Assembly: GCA_030167865.1 (NCBI GenBank)
Contig: JALAGF010004474.1
Location: 1-46,856 of the forward strand
Origin: Craspedostauros australis
Taxonomy: Eukaryota
Length of the DNA stretch: 46,856 nt
Reading direction: 5' to 3'
The notes beneath the pieces were generated by a model. It saw nothing but the letters and a program-made list of their open reading frames with translations. It was not told where the DNA came from and ran no database searches. Position numbers and translations under genes: made by a program. Of the stretch, positions 33,102 through 44,811 are shown piece by piece; position 1 is the first letter of the stretch, and every line of letters begins with the position of its first letter.

Positions 33102-34379
33102 ATGAATCGAGCCGGCGCAAAGCCCAACAGCGACATGCCGGACGTCTACCTGCTGGGCAGAAAGTACAATGCCATCCACGAGCATGACAAGCGGAAGCAG
33201 TACGAGACGTCGCTGTTTTGGTTCACGTACCGCTGCGATTTCCCGAGCATCGAGCCGTACAAGATCACGACGGATGCCGGCTTCGGCTGCATGCTACGAT
33301 CCGCCCAGATGATGCTGGCGCAGGCTCTGCGGATGCACTTCCGATCGCGGCATTGGAGACCTCCGCGGCAGGTGCAAAAATGCAGAGACGATCCCTTCAT
33401 GGCGAAGCTGTTCACGTGGTTCGCCGACTATCCAGGCAAGGAATGCATCTACTCCGTGCATAACATGATCGCGACGGGTCTGCAGTACGAGATCCTTCCC
33501 GGTGAATGGTACGGCCCAGGATCCGCGTGCTGCGTCGTCCGAGACCTGGTCCAGATGCATTCGAAGCAGAATGAGCTGAAGGATTTGTTCCGCGTCCACG
33601 TGGCTTCCGAAAGCACAGTGTACAAGGACACGGTATACGAGGTCATGACCACGCAGAGCGGACAACGCGCGAAGCAGCGCGAGTCTGTCAACTCCACGCT
33701 GGATCCGCTTGCGCAACATCCCTTGGATCCGTGCCTGCCGGATCCCATGGAGGAGACCAAGAAGCTGCGCCAGCTGGAGTGGGATACTGGATTGCTGCTC
33801 TTGATACCGTTGAGACTGGGGCTCGATCAATTCAACGAACGCTACTCGGAGCTGTTGGCGAGAACCTTCTCTTTTCCTCAATCGGTGGGCGTGCTGGGTG
33901 GACGGCCGCGGGGTGCGCGGTGGTTCTACGGGGCGCACTCGGATGGAAGCAACGTGCTGGGATTGGATCCGCACACGGTGCAAACAGCGCCGCAGCGACG
34001 CACCATCCGAGCTGGGAAGCTCAGCAAAACATCCGTCAGCGTGTCGGAGGACTACGTCCATTCCATATTCACCACGTGCCCGGAAACCTATCCCATATCG
34101 AAGATGGATCCTTCCCTTGCGTTAGCGTTCTATTGCAGCGACCGAAAGGACTTCCTGCATCTGGAAGAGTTATTCCGAGACCTCAAGCAGACCGACCCCG
34201 AACAGCTGGAACTGTTCACATTTTCTGATTCAAAACCGGACTATTCGTCGGGTGCGCTGAATAGCATGATGCAGGGTGGGGGTGCAGGAATCGCAGACTT
34301 TGACGACGATGACGGCATTGATGGATTTGATGAGGAGTCGGATGCCGTCAGCGATGAAAGCGACTACGTCCTTCTGTAA
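33102..34379 (+). CDS. ATG4: Autophagy cysteine protease ATG4 (peptidase C54)
   Basis: Motifs WFTYR, TDAGFGCMLRSAQMMLAQAL (catalytic Cys), GEWYGP, LIPLRLG, LDPH, MDPSLALAFYC. Acidic C-terminus ends in LIR-like DYVLL. Confidence 0.94.
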   Translation: MNRAGAKPNSDMPDVYLLGRKYNAIHEHDKRKQYETSLFWFTYRCDFPSIEPYKITTDAGFGCMLRSAQMMLAQALRMHFRSRHWRPPRQVQKCRDDPFMAKLFTWFADYPGKECIYSVHNMIATGLQYEILPGEWYGPGSACCVVRDLVQMHSKQNELKDLFRVHVASESTVYKDTVYEVMTTQSGQRAKQRESVNSTLDPLAQHPLDPCLPDPMEETKKLRQLEWDTGLLLLIPLRLGLDQFNERYSELLARTFSFPQSVGVLGGRPRGARWFYGAHSDGSNVLGLDPHTVQTAPQRRTIRAGKLSKTSVSVSEDYVHSIFTTCPETYPISKMDPSLALAFYCSDRKDFLHLEELFRDLKQTDPEQLELFTFSDSKPDYSSGALNSMMQGGGAGIADFDDDDGIDGFDEESDAVSDESDYVLL

Positions 34380-35639
34380 CGCAGCAGAACATGACGAGGA
34401 CTGCTCTACATGTAGAGTGTCGATTTGGGACGAGTACTCGGCCAATACTCCTAGTAGTATACTTTAGAAATCAATAGAATAGCATGGCATATGGAGATCA
34501 TGCGCTCAAGCCACATGATATCTCTTTCACACGCATACTCTGCGATAGATCATTCATCACGTCCGCAGAAACGGTACTCATAGTGTGAGTCAAGTAACTG
34601 GGACCGATCCATGCCGATGGTGGCGAAAGGGAAGCATGGGCCAAGAATCTGGCGCCAGGCAAGATTGAGCCCGCGTGGATGACAGAAACGAAGCGGGCGA
34701 GGACGCTGTGGCGGTTGCGATTGCGGCAAGCAAGGATGCTGTCTCCGCGATCCACGGACTTTTTCGTTGTGTCTCTTGTTGTCGAAGACGAGAGAACGCG
34801 GAAGGAACGGTCTCATGAGAAGCCAACACCTCCGCGATTGCAGTTTCAGCACCAAGCAGCGTGTTTGGCGAAGAATCGGATGAGAAGGCCTTGTGAAGTT
34901 GCAACCACCCGAAGAAGAACAAGAACTCATGTGCCAAACACCCTTACAAGAAGTGGAAAACAATCAACACGGTAACCAAGGAGATGACAGCTTCCTTGTC
35001 AGACCGCAACCAGCCCCAAGAATGGATGGTTCGGTCGCGTGAGCCCTTGCGCCAAAACTTGGCCACAAGACGTCTGAGTGACGAGACGTCAGTTGGGGCG
35101 AACATGTCATCACCTTGGTGCAACTTCAAAGACGCAACTACAAAGGCTGTCAACTTCGCTTCTCGAATCGTGCTGGCCAGAAGTCGCTTGCGGCTTTGTT
35201 GTGGCGAAGCAAACATTTTCGTACGATACCGCCCATCCATCGTGCGACAGCGGAGGGAGGTCAACTCAACAGACGCGTCAAACATGGGATATCGACCCAC
35301 CGTCAGAGCAACCCGTGTCGACAATGAGGACGAATGCAGCACAAACGAAGCTAATCTTTAGCATGTGGGCAACGCGCTTTTGCCATCTTCTATCGTTCGA
35401 TTTGCGTTTCCTGCCGATCAGATGTATCGTATCGTATGCGCATGTACAGTATGGGTGCGAGTTCATCGTCGGGGGCCGTGATGAAGTCTGTTCCATCACT
35501 CACTCTCTCTCTATGGGATGAAGCTTAATAATATGTACTGTATGGTAATCATGCGCAATGTGCAATCGTCTCGGCATGGTAGAGTATACCGAATCAACGA
35601 ACGGTCCATGCGTTCGCTCTTTCTTCTGTCCACCGATCG

Positions 35640-36323
35640 TCATTCGACCAAAGTTTGATGTTGCTGTTGCTGCTCTTCTTCCTGTTGATGCTGACGACAC
35701 TTGATGTGAATTGGGTGGATGAGTTCATTCGATTGCACGCAACGGTACATCTCGTCATCCTCAATCGATGACTTCCAATCCCATCCCTCAGCTGCGAACT
35801 CCAGAGCATTCCGCTGGACATTGCGCAACATCTCATCCTTGGGAATCCACAGCTGATTCTTGATCCTCTTCGAGTACTCCTCTCGCCTTGGGATCGGGCA
35901 TACGGTCACTTTCTCGTCGAAGGCCAGCTTTCGTCTGCGCCTCGTGGAATCGCTATTGGCGGTACTGTTGCTGCTGACGGAGCCGGCGCAAGAGAGAGAG
36001 CCTGAGCTTTCGTGTTCCTGCGGCGTGCGGAGACGACTTATCAACCATTGCAACCTCAAAGCAAAGCCGTTCGCTTCGGCTTCTGTCGATGAGAGTTCAG
36101 CGATATCATTCAACGGGACATGTGTGAGTGGGACTCCTCCGAGCATGGACCTTCGATCCCTTCTCGCAGCATGCAGCTGGTGGCTAAACTCGCGTTGATT
36201 CAGAGCTCCTTTGACATCCACACCGAGCTTGTACATCAAGTCTCTCCGCAGACGAGAGGCTCTGTCGTCTCGCCGCGTGGTGCTTACAATGATCTTCTTG
36301 CCCATCGTGATTGCGCCTGCCAT
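35640..36323 (-). CDS. Hypothetical protein, diatom-type family with an RVxF-like segment
   Basis: RRRKLAFDEKVTVCPIPRREEYS...LW...RNALEFAAEGWDW pattern, which I recall from diatom hypothetical proteins. ATG at 36323. Confidence 0.7.
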   Translation of the reverse strand: MAGAITMGKKIIVSTTRRDDRASRLRRDLMYKLGVDVKGALNQREFSHQLHAARRDRRSMLGGVPLTHVPLNDIAELSSTEAEANGFALRLQWLISRLRTPQEHESSGSLSCAGSVSSNSTANSDSTRRRRKLAFDEKVTVCPIPRREEYSKRIKNQLWIPKDEMLRNVQRNALEFAAEGWDWKSSIEDDEMYRCVQSNELIHPIHIKCRQHQQEEEQQQQHQTLVE

Positions 36324-37346
36324 GTTACTTGATGCTGTGTGTAGAGTATGTCGTCCCTGTAGCACTGTCGCTCTTTGTTCCCTTCCTTGCTCTTGGCGGT
36401 CTGCTTGCTTGTTTGTCTTCCTTCTTGCCTTCTTGCCTTCTTGCCTTTTCTTGCGTTTGGTTGTGCCGTGTTCGGTTTGTTCGTGTTCGTTGTGGCAAAT
36501 TCTGTTTTTGTGAGCCTCGAGCGCTTGTCAATTCTTGCGGGCGACGAACCAGAGAAGAGGACGTGTCACCTTCATCCACACGAACACCATCATGATCAAC
36601 ATCAACACCACAATCACCATCATCGCAATCAGCAGAACACCCCTCACACAAACGATCACAAGAAGAAAAGCCCAGCACTCCACCAGTACGTGAGACAACA
36701 ACACGTGTTTCTCAAGTGTCACGAAGTGACACAATTCGCTATTGGTTGCGACACAGTGGCGTCCGCCAGAGTTGTTCTGCACTTAATGGCAGCATTCCCA
36801 ACCCACGATACGAACGCAATCCCGTTCCAAGTTTTGGCACCAAGGACACTCCTGTGGGAAACAAAACAAACGGCTGCGCCAATCATTGTTCGCGGAAGAA
36901 GTCCGCAACGAATTCATGGGACCACGACGAACCAAAATCGGAGATGGCGTGTCGAGGGGAGTCGGCAGAGTACGACTATGGTATGATAGAGATCGGAGGA
37001 GCTCCTCTCAACGCTTGATGGCTACCACTTCGCCGCTCTCCTCTGGATGTGCATTACAAGCCACGAGCTACGAGTCACCGTCTATGTAAACGAGACATAT
37101 GGAGGAAGGGAAAGAGCATCCATAGTTCATTGAGAACACTCTATGCCATCCTATCTACAGGTTCGTTGCAGCAAACCAAAAAAGAGCAGACTACTCTTTG
37201 TGTGCATACGGCCTATGGCATGTGCAAGCTATGGCTGGCAACTATTATACCAGAGACGGAACTATGGAGATGCAAAATGGATGGAGGCAACCCCCCGGAG
37301 TTTGATGACTGTCTTCTGAAGCAAAACAGATAGCGATCAGCACCCA

Positions 37347-37420
37347 TACAAAGACCGGGAATCGAACCCGGGACCTCAGCTGTGTTAAAGCCGCGTCATA
37401 ACCAACTAGACCATCTCTGC
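37347..37420 (-). tRNA. tRNA-Val (anticodon AAC)
   Basis: GCAGAGA TG GTCTAGTTGGTTATGAC G CGGCT TTAACAC AGCTG AGGTC CCGGG TTCGATT CCCGG TCTTTGT A folds as a 74-nt cloverleaf. A T-run lies ~20 nt downstream. Confidence 0.95.
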
Positions 37421-37874
37421 CGAGCTGACACCGTGCAACCGTATCGATTTTCATTTCATTTCGCACACTACAATCAACACAATCGATGCAACACTGTGAC
37501 GACACAACACTTCGCCACCAAATCACAACTCTCAACTCGCGAGTTCGCAGAGACCAAAGTATGTACACTCGCATCTCGCTTTCTGGAAAAGTCTCATCCT
37601 CGTACTGTCACCAAACAATCTGATCATGCCACCATTGGATGGTCTTGTTGGGTTGAGTGGGCTTCGAGTCGCTGTGCTCTCGTGTATTCTATTGTATTAT
37701 AATAATAGAATAGAATACTAGAGATAAGTTTCTGGAGCCCAAGTTTCATCTCGATCGAAGGACCAAAATCAAAGAATCCTGGATGGACCGCACCGCTCTT
37801 CGGTCGCCCCGGTTTTGTACTTCCAGTTGCGATCGCAATTAGGTCTGCAACAGGATCAGAACAACAACACAGGA

Positions 37875-39430
37875 ATGTCGTTTGGAGACAACTTTCGAAT
37901 GCTACCTTCCACAGCCACCATGGTGAGGAACGAGGACGAGAATGCTGCGAGCATCGGCAACACCAATGCCAACAACGACCGCAGCATGCGAACGACCGCA
38001 GGTTTTGGAATCCTTCCCTCGTCTTTGCTACCAAGTTCAGCTGCAACAGATCCCAGCACATCATCACAAAGGACGTCGACCAGTCTAACCGCGAGCATCA
38101 CAACTGGCCCAAGTGGCAGCATTGTGGCTGAAGGCTATCTGGAGGCCACCATCTTCTCTGTCTACGATCTTACAACGAGTCGTCAGCCCATTGCGGTGAT
38201 CATGAACATTGGCAACGTGACTGTTTCCACAGGGCCTCCAGTTGCCAAGCACAAGGATCGAAACTCCTCGCGGTCCAGCACTGGCAATGCATCCACGCCA
38301 GCATCGGCAGCTGCATCGTCCAGCATGCGCACTTCATCAACGGACAGCGCGAACAACGTCAATGCGAAAAGCCACATTCTGCGCATCGCCAAGCCCTTTC
38401 CGCAGCCGTACAGATCGACCGCGACGATCCGCCTGATCTGTGATGACCCAGATCTCAACCTGGAAACGAGGCTCTCGCTCAACGATCTGCGCATTCATTA
38501 AACATCCTGGCAGATTCTCAATTTCATCCAATCGCCATCATCATCGTCATCACCAACATCAACACCACCTGAAACAGCAGCAGCAGCAGCAACAATAACT
38601 GGAAGGATCCCGAATGCTGCTGGCAAATCTGCAGCTACTCGTGCGGCGACAGCATTGGCCGCGGCAAGATCATTCGCTTCATCGGTTGGCGATGACGTCA
38701 GCGACAATCCATCACCGACCATACGAGTCAAGCTTCATCTGGATGCCCCCGTACCGACCCGAAATTGCAGCGTTCATCGCCATCGCACAATGGTGGTTCC
38801 ATCTCGTCGATCCATCCGATGATTGGATACGGGACGCTGCATCCAAGATACGCCTACCGACATCCTCCAATATGCTTCTCCTGCCATTGATTCTGCTCAT
38901 CACGGTCCTCGTGGTGGTGTCGACCGCCATGATGGACAAGCTCCTCGTTCTCCTGCCCGTCGCGTTGCCGTTCATCATCATCGCGATCACCCCGATCGTC
39001 GCGTCCAACCTCGTGATGTATTCCAGCACACGGCATGGACGCGAACGTGTTGGCGGCACGGTGTTCATACCCTTCGCCGATTTGTTGCTGTTGCCATCCA
39101 AGGCAGGGCAGCAACTGATCTACCAAACTGGACCGCGCCCAACGCCCGTCAGCCTCGTGCGGTACATCCTGCCGACTGATCCCAACTCCCTGTGGGTGTC
39201 GTTGGCGATAGACTTCGTGGATTCATCGTCGTACCTGTTGCCAGTCGTCGGCAAACTGTGCGATGTGATATGCACGCCGATCCAATCCATGCCGGTGATA
39301 GCCATGTACGACTCCGTCCACTCCGACTTGAAGTACGTGAGCCTCGTGGAGGAGCTGATGCCGTTCACAGATATCGTGTCAGCGGTGACAATTGGATGGA
39401 CCAGGGAGCACTACGGTGTTCATTCGAAGG
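37875..39430 (+). pseudogene. Disrupted gene: C2-like N-terminal region plus membrane domain, with a premature stop and a frameshift
   Basis: Protein-like text continues through TAA at 38499-38501 (LRIH*TSWQILNF). It then switches frame at a C-run, 38746-38750 (TIRVKLHLD / PYRPEIAA). The 3' limit is approximate. Confidence 0.65.
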
Positions 39431-40048
39431 GCACCAACGGGTCGAGGATGGAGGAAATGAAGCAAGCCGCGAGACCTGGCCATGGCCGCCGGCTGTTTGC
39501 GTTGCGACTCCATGCGGCATGCGCAGATTTGCCGATTCTATCATTCTCCGACACGAAAATACTGTGGAACCGACAAGTGATATCTTCTCTCTCTCTCTCT
39601 CTCTCTCTCTCCAGAGACTTCCAACGCCTCCAGTTCCATTCTTTTCTCCTGGTCCGTAATACTATTGTATTATGAATGTTGGGTATGAGAATGGATTTCA
39701 TGCAGTCCTCGTACCCGGAGCGTATCACCACGGAATAAACATGAATCCGATCAAAATGGTAGCAAGCACACCTGCCATACGTACAAGAAATATTCTGCGA
39801 GCGGTCTGCATACGACGAGCTATGCGGACGGAGGAGATTGGTAATGCACGTATGTATGTGCTTCTGTGAAGACGTTATAACATGTATCATACCATGGAGT
39901 AGACTGTTCATTCTTCAATCCTCGGGCTTCGATGGCATCCGTCATCCCATGGTCAAGGATTGTGACACAGCCTGGCGAGAGACCACCATCTGCCTTCATT
40001 GCTGCAACAGGAGCTGGATGCACGAGTATCCATACTCGTTGAGTGGTC

Positions 40049-43000
40049 TCATTTGGAGCTCTTCGACAACTTGCTTGATTTGGGTGACTTGGGAGACTTC
40101 GTCTTGCTCTCCTTGGATGACTTGTCCGATTTGTATGATTTCGCCCCCTTCGTGCTGCGCATGTAAGATGGTTGAGAGGAAGGGAAGGACGACGGCGTGG
40201 ATGGTAGCGCAGATGACGGCGCGGACGACAGCGCAGATGGTGTGGACGACAGCATGGATGACGGAGCGGATGACGGCGCGGACGACGGCGTGGATGGTAG
40301 GGCAGATGGCGGCGCGGACGACAGCGTGGATGGTAGCGCAGATGGCGGCGTGGATGACGGCGCGGACGACAGCGCAGATGATGGTGTGGACGACAGCATG
40401 GATGACGGAGCGGATGACGGTGTGGATGACAGCATGGATGACGGAGCGGATGACGGCGCGGACGACAGCGTGGATGACGGAGCGGATGACGGCGTGGACG
40501 ACAGCATGGATGACGTCGCGGATGACGGCATCATCGAGTTGCCGTCGCAGAATTCCAGTGAACCCATGAAGTACTCAAAGAAACCATCGTAGAGAGGAGG
40601 AGGATAATCACCGACACCAGCGCTCGCCATTCCCGTAAAGATAGTGAATGGGCAATTGTCGCAATCAAGCCAGTCTGGAGGGATGGGAATGATGTTCCTC
40701 GAGAAGTCATCCCCCACGTTCGTTCGTGTATCGATGCGTATGGAGATCACGCCGTCGCTTTCGGACACAGCCAAAGGTTGGTCGAATACAATCACATCTG
40801 TGAATTCACCATCACCTCTGGCCTCGATCGTTCCCGATGCAAGTTCTGTCCAATTTCCGGGTGCATCCCAAGTACTTGGGCGGTAGAAGATTGTGAAAGC
40901 TTGGTTCCCCGTCGGTGGCAGGACAAGTCTCATGCCTGTGATGTCGACACTATCCAGAATCTGAATGTCGTGTCGCACCGAAGCGACCGAGTCGTCATAG
41001 AATGATCTTGGGAGACCTGCTGTTTTTGCGTCGTGGCAGGTGTCTGTTGGTGCCTGTGTGGGGCCTGCGGATGGCTGGATTGATGACGATGGTGTCGTAG
41101 TGGGGGGAGCAGATCCAGTGGGGGGAGCAGATCCAGTTGGCGGCATCTTCGAGTTGCCGTTGCAGAATTCCAGTGAACCCATGAAATACTCAAAGAAATC
41201 ATCGCAGAGAGGAGGAGGATAATCACCGACACCAGCGCTCGCCATTCCCGTAAAGATAGTGAATGGGCAATTGTCGCAATCAAGCCAGTCCGGAGGGATG
41301 GGAATGATGCTGTACGACAATTCATCCCCTGTGCTCGTTCCTGTATCGATGCGGATGGAGATCACGCCGTCGCTTTCGGACACAGCCAAAGGTTGATCGA
41401 ATACAATCACATCTGTGAATTCACCATCACCTCTGGCCTCGATCGTTCCCGATGCAAGTTCTGTCCAATCCCCGGGTGCATCCCAAGTACTTGGGCGGTA
41501 GAAGATTGTGAAAGCTTGGTTCCCCGTCAATGGCAGGACAAGTCTCATGCCTGTGATGTCGACACTATCCAGAATCTGAATGTCGTGTCGCACCGAAGCG
41601 ACCGTGTCGCCAAAGAATGATCTTGGGAGACCTGCTGTTTTTGCGTCGCGGCAGGTGTCTGTTGGTGCCTGTGTGGGGCCTGCGGATGGCTGGATTGATG
41701 ACGATGGTGTCGTAGTGGGGGAAGCAGATCCAGTTGGCATCTCGGTGCTCAGATCCGGGCAGAATTCGAGGATGCCGAAAAAGGCGGGGAACCGATCGCG
41801 GAAATTGGGCGGTCTGTTTCCAACTTCGAGGCTACCTTGTCCGGTGAATACCTCGAATGGGCAGTCTGGGCACTCGAAGAAGCTCTCCGGGATCACAATC
41901 GGAGATGATGAGGACAAAGCCTTCAATCTGTCGGCCATGTCAATGCGGAAGGATACAATGTCATCCTCCGCAGACACCACCACTGGCTGATCAAATATGA
42001 GGGAGGGGGAGAAGCCAGACGAGTCCTTTCCCCCGTTGTTTCCTGATGCAATCTGAGTCCAGTTGCCATCGGCATCCCAGGTGCTTGGACGGAAGAAGAT
42101 CGTGTATGGCATGTTGGTGAATTCAGCAGCCACGGAGACCTTGATGGCGGTGANTTCGANGCTGTCCAGTATGCGAACATCGAATCTGAATGACTCAGTG
42201 CGCTCAGCTGAGCGAGGTTCGCTGGNCGNNGTGAACTCCCACACGTCGCAAATTCCGGTTGGGACTGATGACAATGATGGTGCCATGGAAACGGATGGTG
42301 CCACACTTGGTGATCGACTGAGATCGAATTTCACGCTCACCGTCGCACACATGGGTGTGGTCGAGTCATCATCGATGTTGGATACCGAAATGACGATCTC
42401 ATCCAGCAAAGACGACTGGGCATCAATTCTGTACGATGATTGTGTCATGTTCAGGATGGCCTCCAGATGAGAGAATCGCCTCTGGGCAGTGCCGTGGTCT
42501 TGTGCCCTTGTCACGAGGACCTGATCCCTGCCCAGCGGAGAATCGGCGTTGAAGCCAATGGCTCTGTTGAAGGCGATGTAGTAGTTCAATTCACTCTCAG
42601 GATCGTCAATTCGGATGATGACATCGAAACTGGTGTCAGCGGGGTCATAATCGACCACTCCGCAGAGCCTTCCCTCGAAGTCGATGTCTTGACCTCCAGT
42701 GAGCAATGTGGTCTGATCGGAGTACCACCCCATCAGCCAGCTCTTGGCACCTATGTGTGGTGGAGGGGCAGGCGCATGAGTAATGATATTGAAGAGGTAG
42801 GTTTGCAGCATGAGCATGAGAGCGTGAAATGATTTGGCGTGGACGTAAAGAACGAAACGATTGGTGAGGCAGTGTACGCAGACCGTCGCATCGCGTCGTA
42901 TCGCATTGTATGCGATGAGGTGACAAGACTCCTCCTGGACCGGAATCATCTGGGTCCTTGCTCTCCACAAGGCGGCACCGTAGCACTTACCGTTGTATCC

Positions 43001-44811
43001 CACCTTATCGGTCAGAGTTTCATTACCAAATGGACCAAAAACTGTTCCGCCCATCGCGCCGCTGCGGAATAATAGTCGATGTTGGGGTCGGAATCCATTG
43101 ACCGGAAAACGGCAACAATGAGGAAGAGGATCCACGAAGACGGGGGTTAGATGGGCTTCGACGGAGAAAACAGGGTCCCTATCATGTGGTGAGGACCAGA
43201 ACATGGCAGACGCGTCCAATGTGCTCTCTCCGGAGTTCGATTGTGTGCGTTCTTGTGTCCGATCGTCCATCCGCCTGCAAAGATTGATGCAGAATGTCAC
43301 AGATCGTCTCCAACCTCTCTCTCTCTCTCTCTCTCTGCTGACGCGTTGGCTGCGCTTACCTGGAATCGTCATACTCTACCCCGTTCCGATTGGAATGGTC
43401 AAGCCCAAAGTTGTGACCGAGTTCGTGGATGATGACGTAAGGGTTGGTTGCCCAGTGCGTGTCTGGATAGTTTCTGATGCTGTTGTACATGCTGATCTTT
43501 TGGTCGAGATAAGCGTACGCTGTGAATCAGTGGTGTGTCGGTTGCATTGGTGCGCGTTAATAATCGGGAGAGTTTGATTCGCGCGGAAAAAGATGGTGTT
43601 ACACGTTGGAGTGAGATGGGTTAGATAGGAGTATGGGCATGGGTAGAGCTCATCACGATACCAGTGCGTAATGTTGACATGGAAGATACGAGTTGTGTGG
43701 TCCTTGTCGGCACTTACCGGTCCAACCAGTTCCAAAGCGGTTCTCCAACCCGAACGGGACCATGATCAAGAAGAAATCAAAGTCATCATAGATCTTGACC
43801 TCCTGCTTCAGATATTGTGAGATGGCATTATCAACTCTTCTTGCCTCGAGAGTGGTGGGATCAACGTCAGGTGAAAACCCAACTGTCAAAATCCCATCAT
43901 CTGTCCCATTCGTCGGCATGGTGGAGAGCCTCAGCTTGTCAAAAGACATGGCCGCGAACTGGCCAGTGAAGTTGGGTTGAGAGCCGAAGATCTCGTCTTT
44001 GATGAGGGATTTGGGAACTGTGTAGTTGGTTTGGAAGACGACCTGGATGAGGAGGAACTTCTTGTCGCCAGAACCACGGACATCAGGAGTGGTCAGAGAA
44101 CGACCATGTCCATGGCCATCGCTTTGTTCGCTTGGTTGATGATGCTCGATCGTCATGTCATCGATGGTCGTCAAGTCCGGCAGCTTCAAGGAGAAGTCGG
44201 TGACATCGATGATGACATTCTCCAGAAACAACGTGGACTTGGAAGAGAAAGTTGGCCATGCACGGTTGTTCTTGGCCCATTCCGGCGTCAGCCCTTCGAT
44301 GGTCAAATGCACAGGCCCATGCGCTTCCGCATCGGAGCCTTGGAGCATGCACGAGAAGTCAGTTGCATCATTTCCGTCGACAGTGCCAATAATACATGCC
44401 GAGACGAGGCATGGCTCCTGTAGGATACTGTGTTCGCCCGAGGCAGCGCCATGCGTCTGAATTGAGTTCGATTCAGTTGTTGGTTGTGTGATGAAGGACG
44501 TGACACGACGTGATGTGAAGTCATGCGTTGTAATGTAATGCATTGTATTATATAATACAAGGTGCAGAATCATGGTTGAGTTGAGGATGAGGTCATTGAA
44601 TTGGATGCACGTACGCGTATGTCTGTGGATGTGGATGCGGCAAGGCGAGAATGCCAGCAAAGAAGGAGCCCCCACACGTCGAGACAACAGTGACAGTTGC
44701 CATCTTGCTCGTACTCACCAACCACCTTGACATCGGGGATGCCGCTGCCGTAACGACAAGCACCGCAAGCACCAGAGCAGCAAGGATTCGTTGGTAGAAG
44801 TGAGAATGCAT
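40049..44811 (-). CDS. Secreted gametolysin-like (M11) zinc metalloprotease with three tandem beta-rich domains, a Ser/Pro stalk and a KxxK tail; exons 44811-44719, 44456-43718, 43519-43360, 43061-42991, 42750-40049 (~1254 aa)
   Basis: Signal peptide in exon 1. Exon 3 encodes HELGHNFGLDHS. Splicing gives GWT|AYAY, EYDDS|SGAMG (Met-turn) and GYN|GAKSWLMGWY. All four introns are GT-AG and the exons sum to 3765 nt. Confidence 0.86.
40190..40530. repeat. Coding minisatellite of 12-bp units encoding SSAP/SSTP/SSML/SALP
   Basis: Tandem gacggcgcggat / gacggcgtggat / gacagcatggat variants. Confidence 0.9.
40536..41738. repeat. Near-identical intragenic tandem duplication, period 615 bp
   Basis: aacccatgaa occurs at 40561 and 41176; tgtctgttggtgcctgtgtg occurs at 41041 and 41656. 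Confidence 0.93.

Noticed and set aside
34498-35361. Cluster of 85-137 aa ORFs between ATG4 and the hypothetical gene
   Set aside because: No recognisable motifs and no consistent splice model. It could be a decayed gene, but that cannot be supported from the sequence alone.
42751-43372. N-terminal part of the 1107-aa ORF as a real protein start
   Set aside because: It is mostly read-through of introns (a GA microsatellite gives RERERE). Only the 71-nt exon 43061-42991 fits the M11 gene model.
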